In this document: piece after piece, positions 48,670 to 63,885 of the stretch
How the letters are laid out: each line of letters opens with the position of its first letter
How positions within the stretch are numbered: the stretch's first letter is position 1
Source: Phoronis australis
Lineage: Eukaryota > Animalia > Phoronida
Direction: 5' to 3'
DNA: 64,000 nucleotides
Assembly: GCA_002633005.1 (NCBI GenBank)
Contig: NMRA01000023.1
Coordinates: forward strand, 1,557,097-1,621,096
Notes under the pieces: generated by a model
Database searches by the model: none
Seen by the model: the letters and a program-made list of their open reading frames with translations, nothing else
Told to the model about the DNA's origin: nothing
Position numbers and translations under genes: made by a program

Positions 48670-49343
48670 TAAAAATAAAAAACAGTTTAGTCTATTCCAA
48701 GCAAGGTTTGCAATTTATAAACGTCATAAAACATTTGCTGAAGTTATCCACTATTTGCAAAAAAGTAATCACTATTGAAAATGAAAAATGACCGTTTCAG
48801 CAATTCCGCAAACTGAGAGGAGAATTGCTATATACAATACAGGATTCTCCCCGAGATAAAATTACAAAATGGCGCAATCTGGTCATCATGTTTTGAATTG
48901 CTTCATGTTATTAACTCACAAAATCAACTAGAGGTTGCATATTATTTTCACTTGTGAAGCACGTCACTATTCAGCTAAGTAGTAAAAATATAAGTAATGC
49001 TATGACGTACAATTTCAATCACTTGACTTGTAAAACAAAATAAAATCTGGCTTTTCAAACATGGCGTAAAACTTCAAGCATGGCTCAGAGGTTTTCAAAC
49101 ATGACTCGAGCGAGTTCCAAACTGCTGCAATGGCAGAATGTCTCAAATTGGTTCAGTCCGGCTGACCGGCTTTGATACAATGGGACACACAAGATCGCCT
49201 AATCGCAAGATTTTTATGTTTTTGGTCTGTGTGATATGCCATACACATAGGAGTGTAGGTGAATTGTAGCGGGCATAAATGATGAGGTCACATAATGGGT
49301 GGTAAATTATTAATTTTGCTGGAAATGTTATCCTTTGTATTAC

Positions 49344-49395
49344 GTTTTTCTGTTTTACTCATGTATTTTTAAATACATGAGTAAAACAGAAAAAC
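49344..49395. repeat. Perfect 25-bp inverted repeat with 2-nt loop
   Basis: gtttttctgttttactcatgtattt-tt-aaatacatgagtaaaacagaaaaac. Confidence 0.95.
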
Positions 49396-50772
49396 ACTGC
49401 ATACGTTACATAATTACACATTACTGTATAGAATTGTTTGTTCTATGTTTACAATAGAAATTCTCAAGTTTGGGACAGTGACAAAATAATTATTTTGTTC
49501 AAGGTTGGAGCTTATGCCAAATTTTAGAAATAGATAAGTCAAATATCCCAGAATGCCTCCAGAATCGAGAAAATTCAGTTTTGACTTGAATTTTAGTGTC
49601 CCAGTTTTAAGAGAACGACCCAAACTAGAGAATTCTGACTGTAATATCAATACACTTATTCAAGATAATGACAATACATTTAAATTGAGAAACTCAAAAA
49701 TCAGAGGGGAAAGCCTTAAAGGGATATTGTCACTTATAAGGCCCACAACACTATCGAAAGCAGAACTGAGCAATTGCTCCTTAATACGTTAAAAAACTGT
49801 CTACAAGTTGGAACTCAAAATTTGGTTTATTGAACAATAGCTTCCAGCATGGAAAACAACAGATTAACCCGTCTCCCTTCTGTGCGGTCTCCGAATTACT
49901 CACAGCATCAAAGGCTGTTAGCTATGACCCAACACCAAATGTTCCAGGAAAGTTTGACATCATTGTTGACACCCTAGACTGTGTGGCCAATTACTGCAAG
50001 GTAGTGCAACCTTCAACATGTTTTTATAAATTTGATATTCAACTACCAGTAGCCCAATCCCTTAGCGTTTGAATAAGATCATGCTGGCTCCAATTAGACC
50101 TGCATTAAAGACTCATCAAGCACTCATTGTATATGGCAAGAGAAAGGGAATGTGCATTCGCTAACTTTTTCCACAAACATTATATTGATTAAGTTGCATG
50201 GCTTCCAGAATACCCAATTTTAGAGACTGCCAATCAGAGAGTTTTTAACATAATGATCACCATAGCGTCAGTGTGTATCCAGCACACCGGTTCATTTTAC
50301 AAATGAAATATTCAACACAAGGCTGCGTTCTGTAGACACGCAGCACTTACAAGTGAAGTTAACGTGATCACATATGCTTTACTTGTGATGCATGGTGATA
50401 TCTCACTATGGCATCTCTATTTTCTCGCTTAAAACTTGTAGCCCTGGCGTGCATTCTGTAGCATCTTGCCAAAACGTAACACGAAACGACATGCCATGTA
50501 TTACAAGCGAATCAACAAGTCATGCTAGCTTCCTTAAGGAGAACCTTGCGTCTACTGAACTTACCTAGGCCTACACACTACAATCTATACTGAGTCTGTG
50601 CAAAGCTTCACATTTGGATAGAATTCTGTACTTTCGGTTTCCCGACATGAGTACTTACTTCAATTCTACACTGATTTCCCCACAAAAATGTAGTAAAATC
50701 ACACAAATTTAAATAAAGAACAATATGACGGACAAGTGAATTTCTATTTTTTTGTTTTACAAAGCTTTCTAA

Positions 50773-51141
50773 TATTGTTGTGATAGACTGGTGGTAGCTA
50801 TGGTAATAAATCATAGACTGGGGGTAGCTATGGTATACATCATATCATCATAGATTGGTAGTAGCTATGAGACTGGAGGTAGCGATGGTATACATCATAT
50901 CATCATGGATTGGTAGTAGCTATGAGACTGGAGGTAGCGATGGTATACATCATATCATCATAGATTGGTAGTAGCAATGAGACTGGAGGTAGCTATGGTA
51001 TACATCATATCATCATAGATTGGTAGTAGCTATGGTATACATCATAGACTGGTGGTAGCTTTGATACATCATATCATTATAGACTGGTGGTAACTATGGT
51101 ATACATCATATCATAGATTGGTGGTAGATATGGCATACATC
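50773..51141. repeat. Composite minisatellite (atagactggtggtagctatggtatacatcatatc variants)
   Basis: Tandem variants with units of ~20-57 bp. Confidence 0.9.
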
Positions 51142-51477
51142 TTAAAAATGATGAAACACTCAACTTGGTGCTAAATATCCTTTATAAATAACAAAACTTG
51201 TCAACCAAACTGAAATCTAAATTGGACATTTTACTCCAACTCCCTATCAACTTCACGTAAAAGTTTCAGACTGACTATCTTGTTCGTAAAAATATAAATT
51301 ATTTTAGCACAATTTTGTCCCAACTGTTTAGTCTAATGATAAAACAATTTTCCTACGGTTTATATCAGTTGTACACTTGGAGGAAATAAAAGCAACTTTT
51401 CAACCCTACAGAATAAACAGGTAAACAACTACCAGAGCCCTCTATCAAGTTTTTAGTAAAGGTGCGCATTTCCTTAA

Positions 51478-52014
51478 AGGCCCTTTCACACTGACTTAAC
51501 TCCGGTCTGAGAGGAGCGTAGAGGTAAACTGCAAAGTTAACAGAACCGTTCATACCAGCTTCGGTAGCTAAAAGACATCGAAGTAAATGGTAGGTGACGC
51601 TGTTGTCATCGAAGTTATCGTCAGGCAGCACTAACGCATCACGTGCACGCTAAGATTTTTTAATTACAATTTGGGAACATTTACATGCGCTTAATGGCAT
51701 AAAACATATTTCTAATTGGTTTGGTGATTATTCGAGCAAAATATAAACAACAACTAGCGACCACACTGCCCTTTAATTGTTGACGTTAACAGTAGTCCCT
51801 GGCGATAACTTCAATGGGATTGAAGTTGATCGTTCATACTGCACCGCAGCGTCGACGCTCCGCTGTTAAATTCATTTGTTTACTGCAAAGTTAACAGGTG
51901 CAGTTAACTTTGATTCAGGACCGAAGTTAACCAGTCATACTGACCGCAACACCCCAAATTAACCAGTTAACTACCCAAAAACATCCACACCTCCACGTTA
52001 GTATGAATGGGCCT
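51478..52014. mobile_element. PIF/Harbinger-type MITE, 537 bp, TAA target-site duplication
   Basis: taa|aggccctttcacactgac ... gttagtatgaatgggcct|taa; TIR 15/18; internal repeated aagttaac motifs. Confidence 0.8.
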
Positions 52015-52032
52015 TAAGTTAGGACAGCTTCA

Positions 52033-52185
52033 AACAACACCAGTCTCCTCGAACAACACCAGTCTCCTCGAACAACACCAGTCTCCTCGAACAACACCAG
52101 TCTCCTCGAACAACACCAGTCTCCTCGAACAACACCAGTCTCCTCGAACAACACCAGTCTCTTCAAACAACACCAGTCTCCTCAA
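52033..52185. repeat. 19-bp minisatellite x8 (aacaacaccagtctcctcg)
   Basis: Near-perfect tandem copies. Confidence 0.95.
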
Positions 52186-55100
52186 ATAACATGTCATTGA
52201 TGTATTTGATTGTGTGTTGATAAATTTATACAATAAGATGACAGAAGTTAATGGTCTAGTCAATAAACTACTTAACTGCTCATTAAGCACCTCAGGCTTT
52301 ACTTTCAAGTTGATGCTCTCAACCATCAAGTAATTTAACGAAGCAATTGTAATTATCAGTCGCAAATAGTTGGACTGAAAGCTTGGATGTAATCTGCAAT
52401 AATTGAGAGTGTTAACTCTTTTGACATGAAAGTTATGATCATTATCTTCTGAAGTTGATTAAAGAAGATGCCCTGGGTTAATCTTCAGCCATGTTCTGCC
52501 TATCAAATTTCACTTTTTAAGTGCCAATGCTCCACTCAATGCCACATTCTTCGCCAAGACTTCCTTGAAAATGCCCATGTTATAACAAAAACTCACCTAA
52601 CATTTAGTATTTTAGCTCTCAAACCTATGCAGGTAAATTTGTACATAATTGTATATTATCATTTATCAAAACAACATATGCAGCAGCAAATTAAATGAAT
52701 TTTCATGTTCAACTGTTGTACCGCAGATGTTCAATTATAATGTACGTCTACAATCAACCTGTGGCCATTACCAACGATGTTAGAAGCCCTTGAAAACTCA
52801 AAAAACAACACATTTCTGCCAATAACTTTGGTCTGAAATTGGTGTAAGTAATGAACAGTCAGTGTCACCAGCACCTGGTCCCACTCTTTATATAAGAACA
52901 TTTGAAATGGCTCTTTTGACTCATTTCAACATTACTAAAATACGATAAAAATTCTCATTTCAAAAATAGGGAAAAATTCATTTGCCCAAGGTGGGAGCTT
53001 ACACCATATTTTAGAAATTGGCAATATTGGTCGTGCCAAATCCAAGAATTATGAAAAACACAAATTATGCATTGATAACTATTTTGACAATTTTATCTCA
53101 GACTTCCTTCTTACAAATGCAGTGGCCAATATTTAAGAGATATGACGTATGCTAAAAGTCTCAACCTTCAAAACCATGGAAAATTCAATTGTGCATTGAA
53201 TTTCAGTGTGCGAAATAATATTGAATGTCCCAAACTCAAGGGGAATCAACAATTGGTCTTACTTCAAAACCACTTGCCCGGACTTCAAAACCAGTCGGCT
53301 GGACAACAAAACCAAATGGCTGGTGATCAAATGTGTTGTCCGAAAAGTCCTTCAAAATGCAATGGCCTCACTCCAAAAAAACAAGTTGATGTTGCTATGG
53401 TATAGTACTTAAACATGGAAAAGCAATGATTTGGTGTACCGTATCTTATATGGAAAATTTTGACAAAACAAAATTTCACTTGCCAGCCATATTTCATTCT
53501 AAATTCGTGAGATTTTATTGTATTCTACATCAAATTTAGTTTAGGTCTGTATTATCAATGTTAGTGACAGCTGACAACTTTTCATTTAAAAGCAAGTTGT
53601 GGCTAAGTCTCTAATTGTAAAATTTCAATTCAATTCAAAAGTTTTGATGTCAAAAATCCCAGAACAGGTATGTTGATGCTAAAAAGCTAAGATGAGATGA
53701 ACTGCTTTCAAACACTTTCAAATATATTAGGAATTATAAATCACAGCAGATTGGCCCAGAAATTTTACAAAATCACACATATGCAATAAATGACCAAATG
53801 AACCATGAGTAGGTTTTCCTATTTTCCCTATTAACGTTAATTGGAGCTCTGCTGAAAAATACTTGATAAATAATAAAAATCATCCAATTTGCTTTGTCAA
53901 TATCTGTGATTTGCATTGCAAGGCAAGGCATCAAAATATTCAGCTTTCTGATGGATGGTTAGCTTTATGATGTATACAAGTTAGTGTAGAGAGGGCGCAA
54001 CAATAGCCAGTAAACGCTCGAAAATTAGAGTAGAAAAACTAAAATATGATTACAAAATTGTCTCACATCAACTACAGAGGTGCTGAGTAGATGTTCGTTT
54101 TTTTGTTTTTTGATCGCCACTTTGTACAAGCACAAATCTGGGAGAGTGGCAAATGTGCACTCACTGTCACCTGTATTAAGCACATTATTTGACTCAGTAT
54201 CACAAGTATTGGATGAAGATAACCATTTTGTATAGCAATAGCTCTACTCAGGGCACAGCATGAGGTCTAAGTGCCCATCACATAGCAGCTTTTCGATATT
54301 GCGCAAAATTGTGCGCGTATGCACTTAAAAAGCTAAAAGCCAATTTCGTAACAATGTACAGAAACACATCTTAGACTGGCTTCTTTTTCTTTCAGCAGAA
54401 ATTACAAGTTGACTTGTCTTGCCACTTTCATGGCACTTGCAGGTGACAAGAACAGTGAGATCTCGCAGTGAAGTAGGAATAAGCCGTGTTACCAAGAGTT
54501 CAGATACCTTACAAGCAGAACAGCTGAACACACCTCGTAAATCACACTTTACTTTACCATCGCCAGTCCATCCAAAATTCACCATTGTCGACTTGGTGAG
54601 CGGTTTGCTCGAGCTTAGACACAACACCATCAATTTGACTCGAGGTCATAAAAAGAAGTCAGACATCATAGGCAGCATGAGAATTAAGAAACTCATTTAG
54701 GATGCTTTATTTTTGAAATCTTGGGTGAGCCCCTGTATCCCAACATAGTTGCCCAATCTCCCCCTCCCCTCCCCCACCCTAAGTTTGCCTATGGCATTAG
54801 AACGGGAGAATCTATGTTATTTGACCAGAGCAAACCTCCCATGTTAGCTCAAAATTCATTGTGACATAGTGACTCTGGGAAGTAATCTAAGCAATGTTCT
54901 CAGTTTTGAGAAGCAACAGCTACATTACACAGGCTTGGAAGAAACTCAAAAAAATATAAAACCACTCAACTGATGTTAAGATATTGACAGATGTTAGACA
55001 TGAAGTACTAGATAACACCAGCTCCCTCTAGGAAACTGTCCCCCATGAGAGTGTCCTGGATCTATGGAACACAGCCCTGGTCTGGTTCATATTAACACCT

Positions 55101-55320
55101 ATGTTTCATCCTCATTTAATAGTAATCTGCTGCTGCACATGGCAGCAGGGTATTGGTGCACATGGCAGCAGGGTATTGATGCACATGGCACCAGTTGAAT
55201 GAATGCCAGTGAACTGTGCAGTTATGTAACCCTAAGTGTCCATTCAGTCTTCCTGGTACAATGGGTATTGCTCTACATATAGAAGCCAACCTGTGACCAG
55301 TAGTCTATTGTGATCAGAAT

Positions 55321-55435
55321 ACACACGCACCCACACACACACCCACACACACACAGGCACACACACACACACGCGCAGGCACGCACTCACACACACGCAC
55401 TCTCACGCTCACGCTCACGCTCACACACACACACT
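55321..55435. repeat. Imperfect (CA)n microsatellite
   Basis: Read directly. Confidence 0.9.
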
Positions 55436-58400
55436 CCACACCATCCTGAACAGTGACAGTGGAATGAGCTATACAAGGACTATAGCTCATTGGCAGAACA
55501 GAAGCACACAATATTTAATACAAGGTTCCCCCTTGCGTTGACACCTACAATATGAAGATAGAATTAAAAATGCACTTTCTACAATTTATATGTTGACAAA
55601 ACTTTTTTTTTGTACCAAGGTATTTTCCGATGATCTCAAAATGAGGAACAAAAAAGTGTTGCCAACTACTGTAAACATTGAATAACCCAAGTGAGAGCCA
55701 CCAGGTTGGTGTCCCGTTTGAGAGATGTTCCTAGCCTGTGTCCACCTGTTTCATGGGGTCAGACAGTCTTGAGAACCAATTTAGCAAAACGAAATATACA
55801 GTAAAATCTCATAATTTCAGACAAAAATAATTGCCAAAATTGCCCTTTGTTATTTTCAATGTATTAACATTCTTGTGAATGTCCATAACCTTCAAAATAC
55901 TGTCTGATGATTAGGTAAACAAGATATAAAACTTGAAGATGGAAGACTGTTCATATGGTGCTACACATCTTTCATGGAAAAAGAAGAAAATAATATTTCA
56001 ACATCTGCTATATTGTGTCTAACATTGGACATATTAACCATTCTCCATTTGACAGAGCACTTACTATCATAAAGGCCGCTTTCAAAAACTTGGATTTTCC
56101 TTTTCATGATTTTGACCAACATTTTTTCACTCTAAGAGCATAAAGGCAGTCATTTTCCCCTGATCAAAAACATGTTTTGTACCACTTTAAAATGTCATCA
56201 GATAGATGATTCATAAGTAAGTAGTAACTATTACCAAGCTAACATGTCAGTTATTAGATCAGAAATTATCTAACCAAAAGTGACTAGAACCTGACACTCC
56301 AAGCAACTTTAATAAGCACACAGTGATTGGGAATGATAATTCATGTGTAAAACGAAGGCATCAGATCGATACAAAAATGTAGAAAAAATACATAATTTAT
56401 ATACAAGCCAGCAGGCTATTTCTTCTCAACACCTAAACAAAGATAAAGGACGTGAAATATTCATGAAGATCCCATAGCCTGTTTGTACTTAGTTTAGCCG
56501 AGACATGCCTTACGTGAATTTAGAAGCAACTCTCATTTCATACAAATACTTTCAAAAACAAGAAGCTGTTGAACAAAAATGTTTATATACAACATGAATG
56601 GTATAAAATTTCAGTGACGTTTATCAAATACATTTTGGTTTTATGTCGAATCTCTTGAGCATTACTTGTTTGGTTACTGTAAATTTTGTTGTCTTAGAGG
56701 TTATTTTTGTCATATAACAGCACAAAGTCAACTCTATCTCAACAATACCAATTAAAAGACCAAGTTATGGGTCTAATCTTTTTACTCAAAAATATTTTCA
56801 ACGTCTTTTTATTCTACATTTGTGCAAACCTAGTATGAATGTGTTCAATGCTCATTCACCTGAGGGGAAGTGTCTGTGCCTTCTGAGAGGGGAATTTTGT
56901 GGGTAAAGGGAAAATTCTACTCCCCAATCAATAGCACCCCTACCTTTTCTGCTAGCCCTGACGGGCCCTGCCTGGAGTACCCAAAACAGCATCAATAGCA
57001 CCGCCACCCTTTCCACTAACCCTGATGGGGTCTGCCCTCAAGTATCCAAAACTAACATTTTGTGCTGTTTCAAACAGTAACCTTTGTGACTTACAAGTAA
57101 GTTGAAACTTGAAGGTAAATTTTTAATCACTTGAGGGAAATTTTTAGGCCTCATGAAGGGAATATCACGAGGCTTTTAAATATTTTTTAGAGAGGAATGG
57201 AGCTCAAAATCGAGGGATTGAGGTCTTCACCTACTCTGCACAAAAATAAATGCCAAAATTGTCATTTTTCGATTTCTCAAAGGCTGATTACTTTATGTAA
57301 ATGTCACAAACTCTACTAAATGTTGTTTTATGACATCCCCACACTACAAACTAAGCTAACAACAGACTGAAATTTTTTCAACATGTATTTCTGTTCAGAA
57401 ATTTGACAAAAATGAAGTTTCGCTAGTTCGCCATATCGTGTGCTAAAGTGGTTCAGAATTAATGGCTTGTGTGAACAACTATCTAATCCTAGTAGGCACT
57501 TAAAAAGTTAAGTAGGACTTTATAGACTTCTAGTGTATTTAGCTAAATACCTATAAAACCATAGATTTTAATTCAGTAAATGTAAATATTTTCTGAAAGT
57601 AGAAATCCTGCAGAATTGGATTTTAGACTTTACATCAATCTACAATTTGGTTTATGAGACCATGTCTTTTTTATAAAAATTACCAAAAAGGTATATCCAT
57701 AGAAACACAACAGTACCAATGACACAACCAAATTTAGTTCCACGTAAACGATCAAGACGAAATCTCAACAACACTGTTACAGGTTTCTCAATTATTTCAT
57801 TTTCGCTTTATACAACTTCCGATTTTTTTTCATAAAAGTCCTATTTTTATAGCCTCTCATGCAAAAGTGGAAAATTTTAAAAAATCTTAACAGTATTTTG
57901 GAGAACAGCTCATAAAGCATGCTATGTGAAAGTGTCATGCGACTCCACTCGGCCATGTCTGAGATATCATGTTGTAAATTTGGTCATTCTTTGAGGGTCC
58001 TAGTATCCTTAACAACACTACTGTTAAGGCTAAAAGTTAAAATCTGAACTAGAAATGTGTCATTTTTTGAGATTTTAGCTCAAACCTAAGGGTATTAATC
58101 AAATGCAAACTTGGACTAGAAACTCATTTGCATAAACCTATGTTCTCCAGCACAGAATGGGGAAAATACCAATAATTCCTCCTTCTATTTCAAGGATAAA
58201 GATTAGATGTCTGGGCCACAGGGACCAGGTTAGCTACAGCGATAGATAATAAAAACACTACAAATGACAACACCTTTATAAAGTTACCATACAAACAATT
58301 CAAGTAGTTTTGGAATATATCTAATTATTGTACATATGGCATTTGTCAGATTCGTTTTTGCTTAATGGAAATTTTGACAAACTGACTCTTCAAGAGATGA

Positions 58401-61400
58401 CAACAAACTTTACCACTTCTACGTAATCTACAATTGACTAAAGCAGCAATTTAAGCTTTGAAAATTGCTTTGGTCGCAAACTATATCAAACAACTTTCAA
58501 ACACTTCAGGAATAAAAGATGTGCTGATTATGTGTGTCATGCACTGAATGGAACAAGCAGACCTTGTTTCTTTAAGAATACCATTGAAGTTCTACAAATT
58601 CTACTATTCTTGTATTTTATGACTGTACTTAGAGGATTGTGCAAAATGCACCAGAAAAACACCTGGAAACAATTCTGCAAACGTTTTAAATTATGTTTAA
58701 ATTTTTAAACAAGTGCACACGATTACTAAGATCTCCCACCTAGATTTTTCCTGCTCTCACCAAGCAAATGCGGTATGCAACAACTTGCCATTCGGTACAA
58801 AAACCAACTTTTGAGTCCAACTACTATTTACCAATATGAAACTGGTGTCAAATTATTCTGTTAGTCAAATTTTAGGTGATTTCTGGGATTTCAGAGAACT
58901 GACAAGAACTTATTTCAAGAAACTTGGCTCTACCAGTTAGCTTGCCATGGCTTGTTGCTCAGTAAACCAAAGATAGCCTCAACTCTTTACAAACACAGGT
59001 CTCACCAAAGAAAGGAACAACTTGAGACTAGTTTATAATGGTTTCACTTCTTGGATTTAACCCAGTTTTAAAGCCTTATAGCCAATTCAAATGTCAAGAA
59101 ACATGTTGTTAAGACAATTAAATATAGAACGATGTGCATACTGTTGAGTTTGGTACTCTGGTTGGGTTTTGTGATCACAGGATTATCAATGTTTAAAATG
59201 CAATGTTGGGCAGCTGAAAGTAACACATGGAAATAGGTTTTTAACTGTTTAACATTATGAGTGATGGGTAATGAACATCCATTCTACTGTTTCACATTAC
59301 CCTTAAATTTTAAGCAGTCGTTTGAGTGTACAAGACATTACGTCATTTTGGAAAACAAGTTTAATCTCCATTCCAGAAGATTGGATTTAACATTTCCACC
59401 ATCTCGCATTTCACCTGTGGTGACACACACTTTAGTTTCAAATTATATACATTTAAATTTTAACAAAGGAAAAGAAGCACAATATCTCCCATCCAGATTT
59501 TGGTGCCCTCATATTTGAAACACTGAAACATCGATGTCTTACCTTGTGCCGATCGCTGAGAAAAAACAGTTGTTACAAAGTTCCATGCCATTAATACACT
59601 AATCCACACATAAACCAGAGATGGTGACTGCATGATGAGTTTGAACATTCATGGGAAAACAGGCTCCAAATTTGATAACAGCTTGGAAAGTTCAAAAACT
59701 ACAACATCCCCTCCAGTTGAGACGCTATACATCAACTCCTCATACATTTAATGTTTACACAGTGCAACAGACTACAAGCTTGACATGCTTGCACAGAAGT
59801 AATAATATTCACTTCTTTTCATCCACTTTCTATAGGCGAATTCAAATTCAAGCTGGAGTTCCACAATACCGCATGGGTACAATTCATACTGAAGCCATGG
59901 CCCATAAAGGAATTTGTCTTCCACATTGACAAACACAGTTTCTTTGTGAACAACCTCAGCAGGATGGTCAGAGTTCAGAACACATACTAGCAAGACTGAA
60001 AGGTTCTCACATAGTTCTGGCCTTGGTAGAGTATGTGTTTGTCTTAATGCAGTCCTGTGCACTTTAACTGTCAAATATTTAAACTTGTTGCCCACAGATC
60101 CACACTTGAGGAGTTGAGAGAACAATCTAACTTGTCACACAAACTGACAGCATGACTGACCCAAATACTTCCAGTGACCTATGACTTTGAAGGAGATACC
60201 AATCTAACTGATAAGACCACTGAATACACATAGCAAATGTCTAGTATCACATGCCACATTGTAGCCAAGGTGAAATGCCTGCACTTGATGATGTCCACCA
60301 ATCCAAATCTCTTTCAAAGAAGATGTAGTGCCTTTTGACCAATCAGGTTTCACCCACTGAGGCAGAACAATGAGATTAAATAGGTCACATTCCTAGCAGG
60401 TCTGTTGAACTGGGGGAGTACTACACAAAGCTTAGTGCAGAAGATATTACAAACCACAAAACCTGACTACTGTGTTTGGATAGCATTCAGTTGTGGTTAA
60501 ATTGCAGACTGTCTCTCATCCAATCAACAAATTGGTGAAAATTAGAAATCATGCTTCAAAAAGCAAAAAGAAAACATCTGCCTAGACACTCATAGAGATA
60601 ATTGCTAATTAGAATAGGTGCTCAAATAGCAAGTGCTAAATAAGCTTATAGACACTTTTAAGTGGAGGCTCCTTGTAGGGGTTTTAAACTTCAATGGATG
60701 GTAATAATGAAGGACTCCACTTGCTTCAGGTTGAACTGTTAAGGTTAAGTATCTCAAACCTTATTTAGTGACATTCATTCACATAGCTCATATATCAAAA
60801 ACCAGGCTATGTCAACTAGTAAAAGCATCAAAAAGCTGTTAAGAATTTTCCATTACTCATTCCGTTTTGTTTCTATGCCAAATTAACTCGTAAAACTTAA
60901 GGAATTTTTGTGAAAAATAGCACTTGCATTTATCTATCTTATGGTACGCAAAAACTATGCGTTTAAAAGGAATATCCTAATAGCGTTTTAGAGATTGGTG
61001 AATAGCTATTAAAATATAAAGTTTCACTGAAATTCACAAAGCCGTTTTTGAGAACTCGTGTTCCTAAGTTCAAATTAAGTCAATTTGCCGAAGCAAAGAG
61101 AGAGCGGAAAACGTCACGAGTCTTCAAACTCTGACAGTTATCGCTTAATAATTTGGTGAAAACTTGTTTTTGGTCAATATAACCTATACATGCCTTAACC
61201 ATGTTCGCTATTTCAACATTCAATCGCAATGTCAACTGAATTTGCAGTGCGTAATTAACTTAATTATCACTAATGTAAAAACGTTTTAATTTTGTACATG
61301 GAATTTCAAGTACCTCGAGTTCACTACGTCAGAAGGCGGAGCCAGCATTAAGTAGGCCAACAGTTCATTGTATATACACCACGCGCAGAGGAGAATAATA

Positions 61401-61750
61401 TCAAGAAACCAAGTACGAAATGGACAATCAGCATTTTTTCACTCAGGGTGCACACTTTTGTTTCAGAAATGGCACTTTATGAAGTTTTCATTTTAGTTTC
61501 GAGACTTCTTTTATTAGAATCAACATGGTATAAAGCGTATTAGGTAAAATTTTTGTGAAGTATCCTCATTTAGTTTTTGAGATTTGGCCTGTTGAAATAA
61601 CAAAAAAATGTGAGCTATGGAGAATACATCACTGATATTAACACATCCATTTTGGAAAAAAAATTAAATCTGGATTAGGAACAAGAAAGTTTATTACTGG
61701 TAACTCATGTACTTAATCACTGAACATCAATATAAAAAGACTAGGTTCAC

Positions 61751-61915
61751 CAGAAGTGGATTTAGGGAGGGCCAAGGGGACCATGCCCCCCCTAAAATTC
61801 TCCCAGATTCCATTTGGCAGTTCGGGGGAGTGAATGTCTGACGGTTAAAATCCTGGCAAAAAATACCCTGCCCTGCCCCCCCCTCCCCCAACTCAAAATC
61901 CTGGATCCGCCCCTG
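61751..61915. mobile_element. Short hAT-like MITE (CAGGGGCGGATCCAGG-type termini)
   Basis: Right end cctggatccgcccctg; decayed left end cagaagtggatttagg; no clean 8-bp TSD. Confidence 0.55.
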
Positions 61916-62044
61916 TTCACACCTGTGTATGCTTCACAAAGTGTGAGTATACAAATAAAACACAGCGATTAATCTTTAAACATACTCAGGACTTAATTAT
62001 CATCAGAATCACATCACTGTCAAAAGCAAAACATAATTGTATTA

Positions 62045-62600
62045 TCTACCATCAAAGAAATACAGGAAAACACTTTTCATTATCAGTAAACATTGTTTGC
62101 ACAAATAAGTCCCATATAACACAGGTCAGTGAGGGGGCTACGGGAATACAAAATGTGAAGGTCACTATTTGTGGGTAGAAAATACTGGAGCAATGCAATA
62201 GAATTCATTTAGTTGTCAATACTACTACTTCTGAATTACAAAAAAGTTGTGTTTATAAAAAGGGAGATAATGCCATATCAATCTTCTTCACACTCGTGCA
62301 AATACAAATATATAAGATAATGGAAAAATTCATCCTAAGACATACTCAGCTCTTAACTATCACCAGTCACATGACTATCAATGGGATGCCTATTTCCATC
62401 AAATACAATCAAAGAAATACAGGAAAGCACTTTTCATCATCACTGAACATTGTATGCATAAGTCTCACATCACACAGATCATGGAGGGGGCTATGCAGAA
62501 TATAAAATATGCAGATACCTGTTCATGAGTGGATGAACACTTGAGCAATGCAAATAGCTGAATTCATTTAATTGTTAACACCAACTCTCCTGAATCACCA
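62045..62600. repeat. Old ~357-bp tandem duplication
   Basis: atcaaagaaatacaggaaa..gagggggcta..gagcaatgcaa..gaattcattta seen at ~62051 and ~62408. Confidence 0.75.
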
Positions 62601-63885
62601 AAGCACATTCATGTTTTATTAATAATGAGTTTAAACCTATATATAAATTGGGGACAACAGAGAATACAGGGGCTACGGAGAATACGAAAGAATTTTTGCT
62701 TGTGATCAATTCAAATCCAGGGCTTGGTCTAATATTTTTGTGGGCTAAAGACAGCTTCAAGATTCCCAATGTGCAGTATCAAATATCTTTTATTTATGGA
62801 AGAATTTAATGGAATTCAGACAGGGCTACGGAGAATACACAGTTTTTCTTAGGCGACCGTGATATTGTTTGGTTGAGGAATCCAATCACCAAAACATCTG
62901 GTAAAAATATGTGGTTTCTAAATCAAATTCTATATACCATCAACCATTATAAACACAGTTCAAAACACTAGTAATGCTTTTCTTTTTTAGCCATGGCTGT
63001 AAGAGAAGGAGCACATGCAAATTTCAGTATTTTGCATAACAGTGACATCATTTTGCAAGTGTGCCTGAAAACTGTGTTTGACTTTTCAGGCCGGTGACTT
63101 GCAAATAAATACATTTAAATACTCTGCAGCACTGCATTAGCCTGCGAAACCAAGCTTTTCGGTTCTGACGCTGATCTCGGAAAACCACTTTTCTCGCCAG
63201 AATCTTCTGATGATGGTGTTTGAATAAATGACACCGAAACAGGTCAAGTCGACTTAAAACTATTGTTGTTTTCTTTAAGATAAGTCCACCCGATGAAATA
63301 CAAATGGGCATTTATTCAGATTATTATGCCGGCAAAAAACCCAGGGCTGTTTATTTGGTGTCACAACTTCTGGTGCCAAGCCACCAGATAGCCTCCAGTT
63401 TATTGGGAAAATTTCCCACTCGTTGTCAACTTTTAATCACAAATTGAGTTTTGTGGAGCATTTATCATTTGTAAAAACGAACCATGTGTTGGCGAACTAT
63501 GCACTTACTAACATAAAATTTAAAAATACGGCTAGGTTACCTCAGTGTTGCTGTTTTCCTGAACTCTCAATAACTCTGCTTACAGAGGACTGAATTTAAA
63601 AAATTAAATAATTATGGGTTACAGCTGCATTTCAAATTTGAGTTGGCTTCATTATTGAAACTTGCACAGAGTTTGGCAGGTGCACTTCTGTTATGACCCC
63701 CATTAATATCAAATCATGCACAATACATATCAACCATCCCAGGTGCTGGTGCTCTGGGGCCAATGCAACTATAAGTTAATTACGGAAAACCAAAGCAGAA
63801 AAATTGCAGGACACATATTTTCGATGCAAAAAACAACTCAAGACCAAAATTTATTATGTCAGGACAGAAAATCAATCACGTCAGG

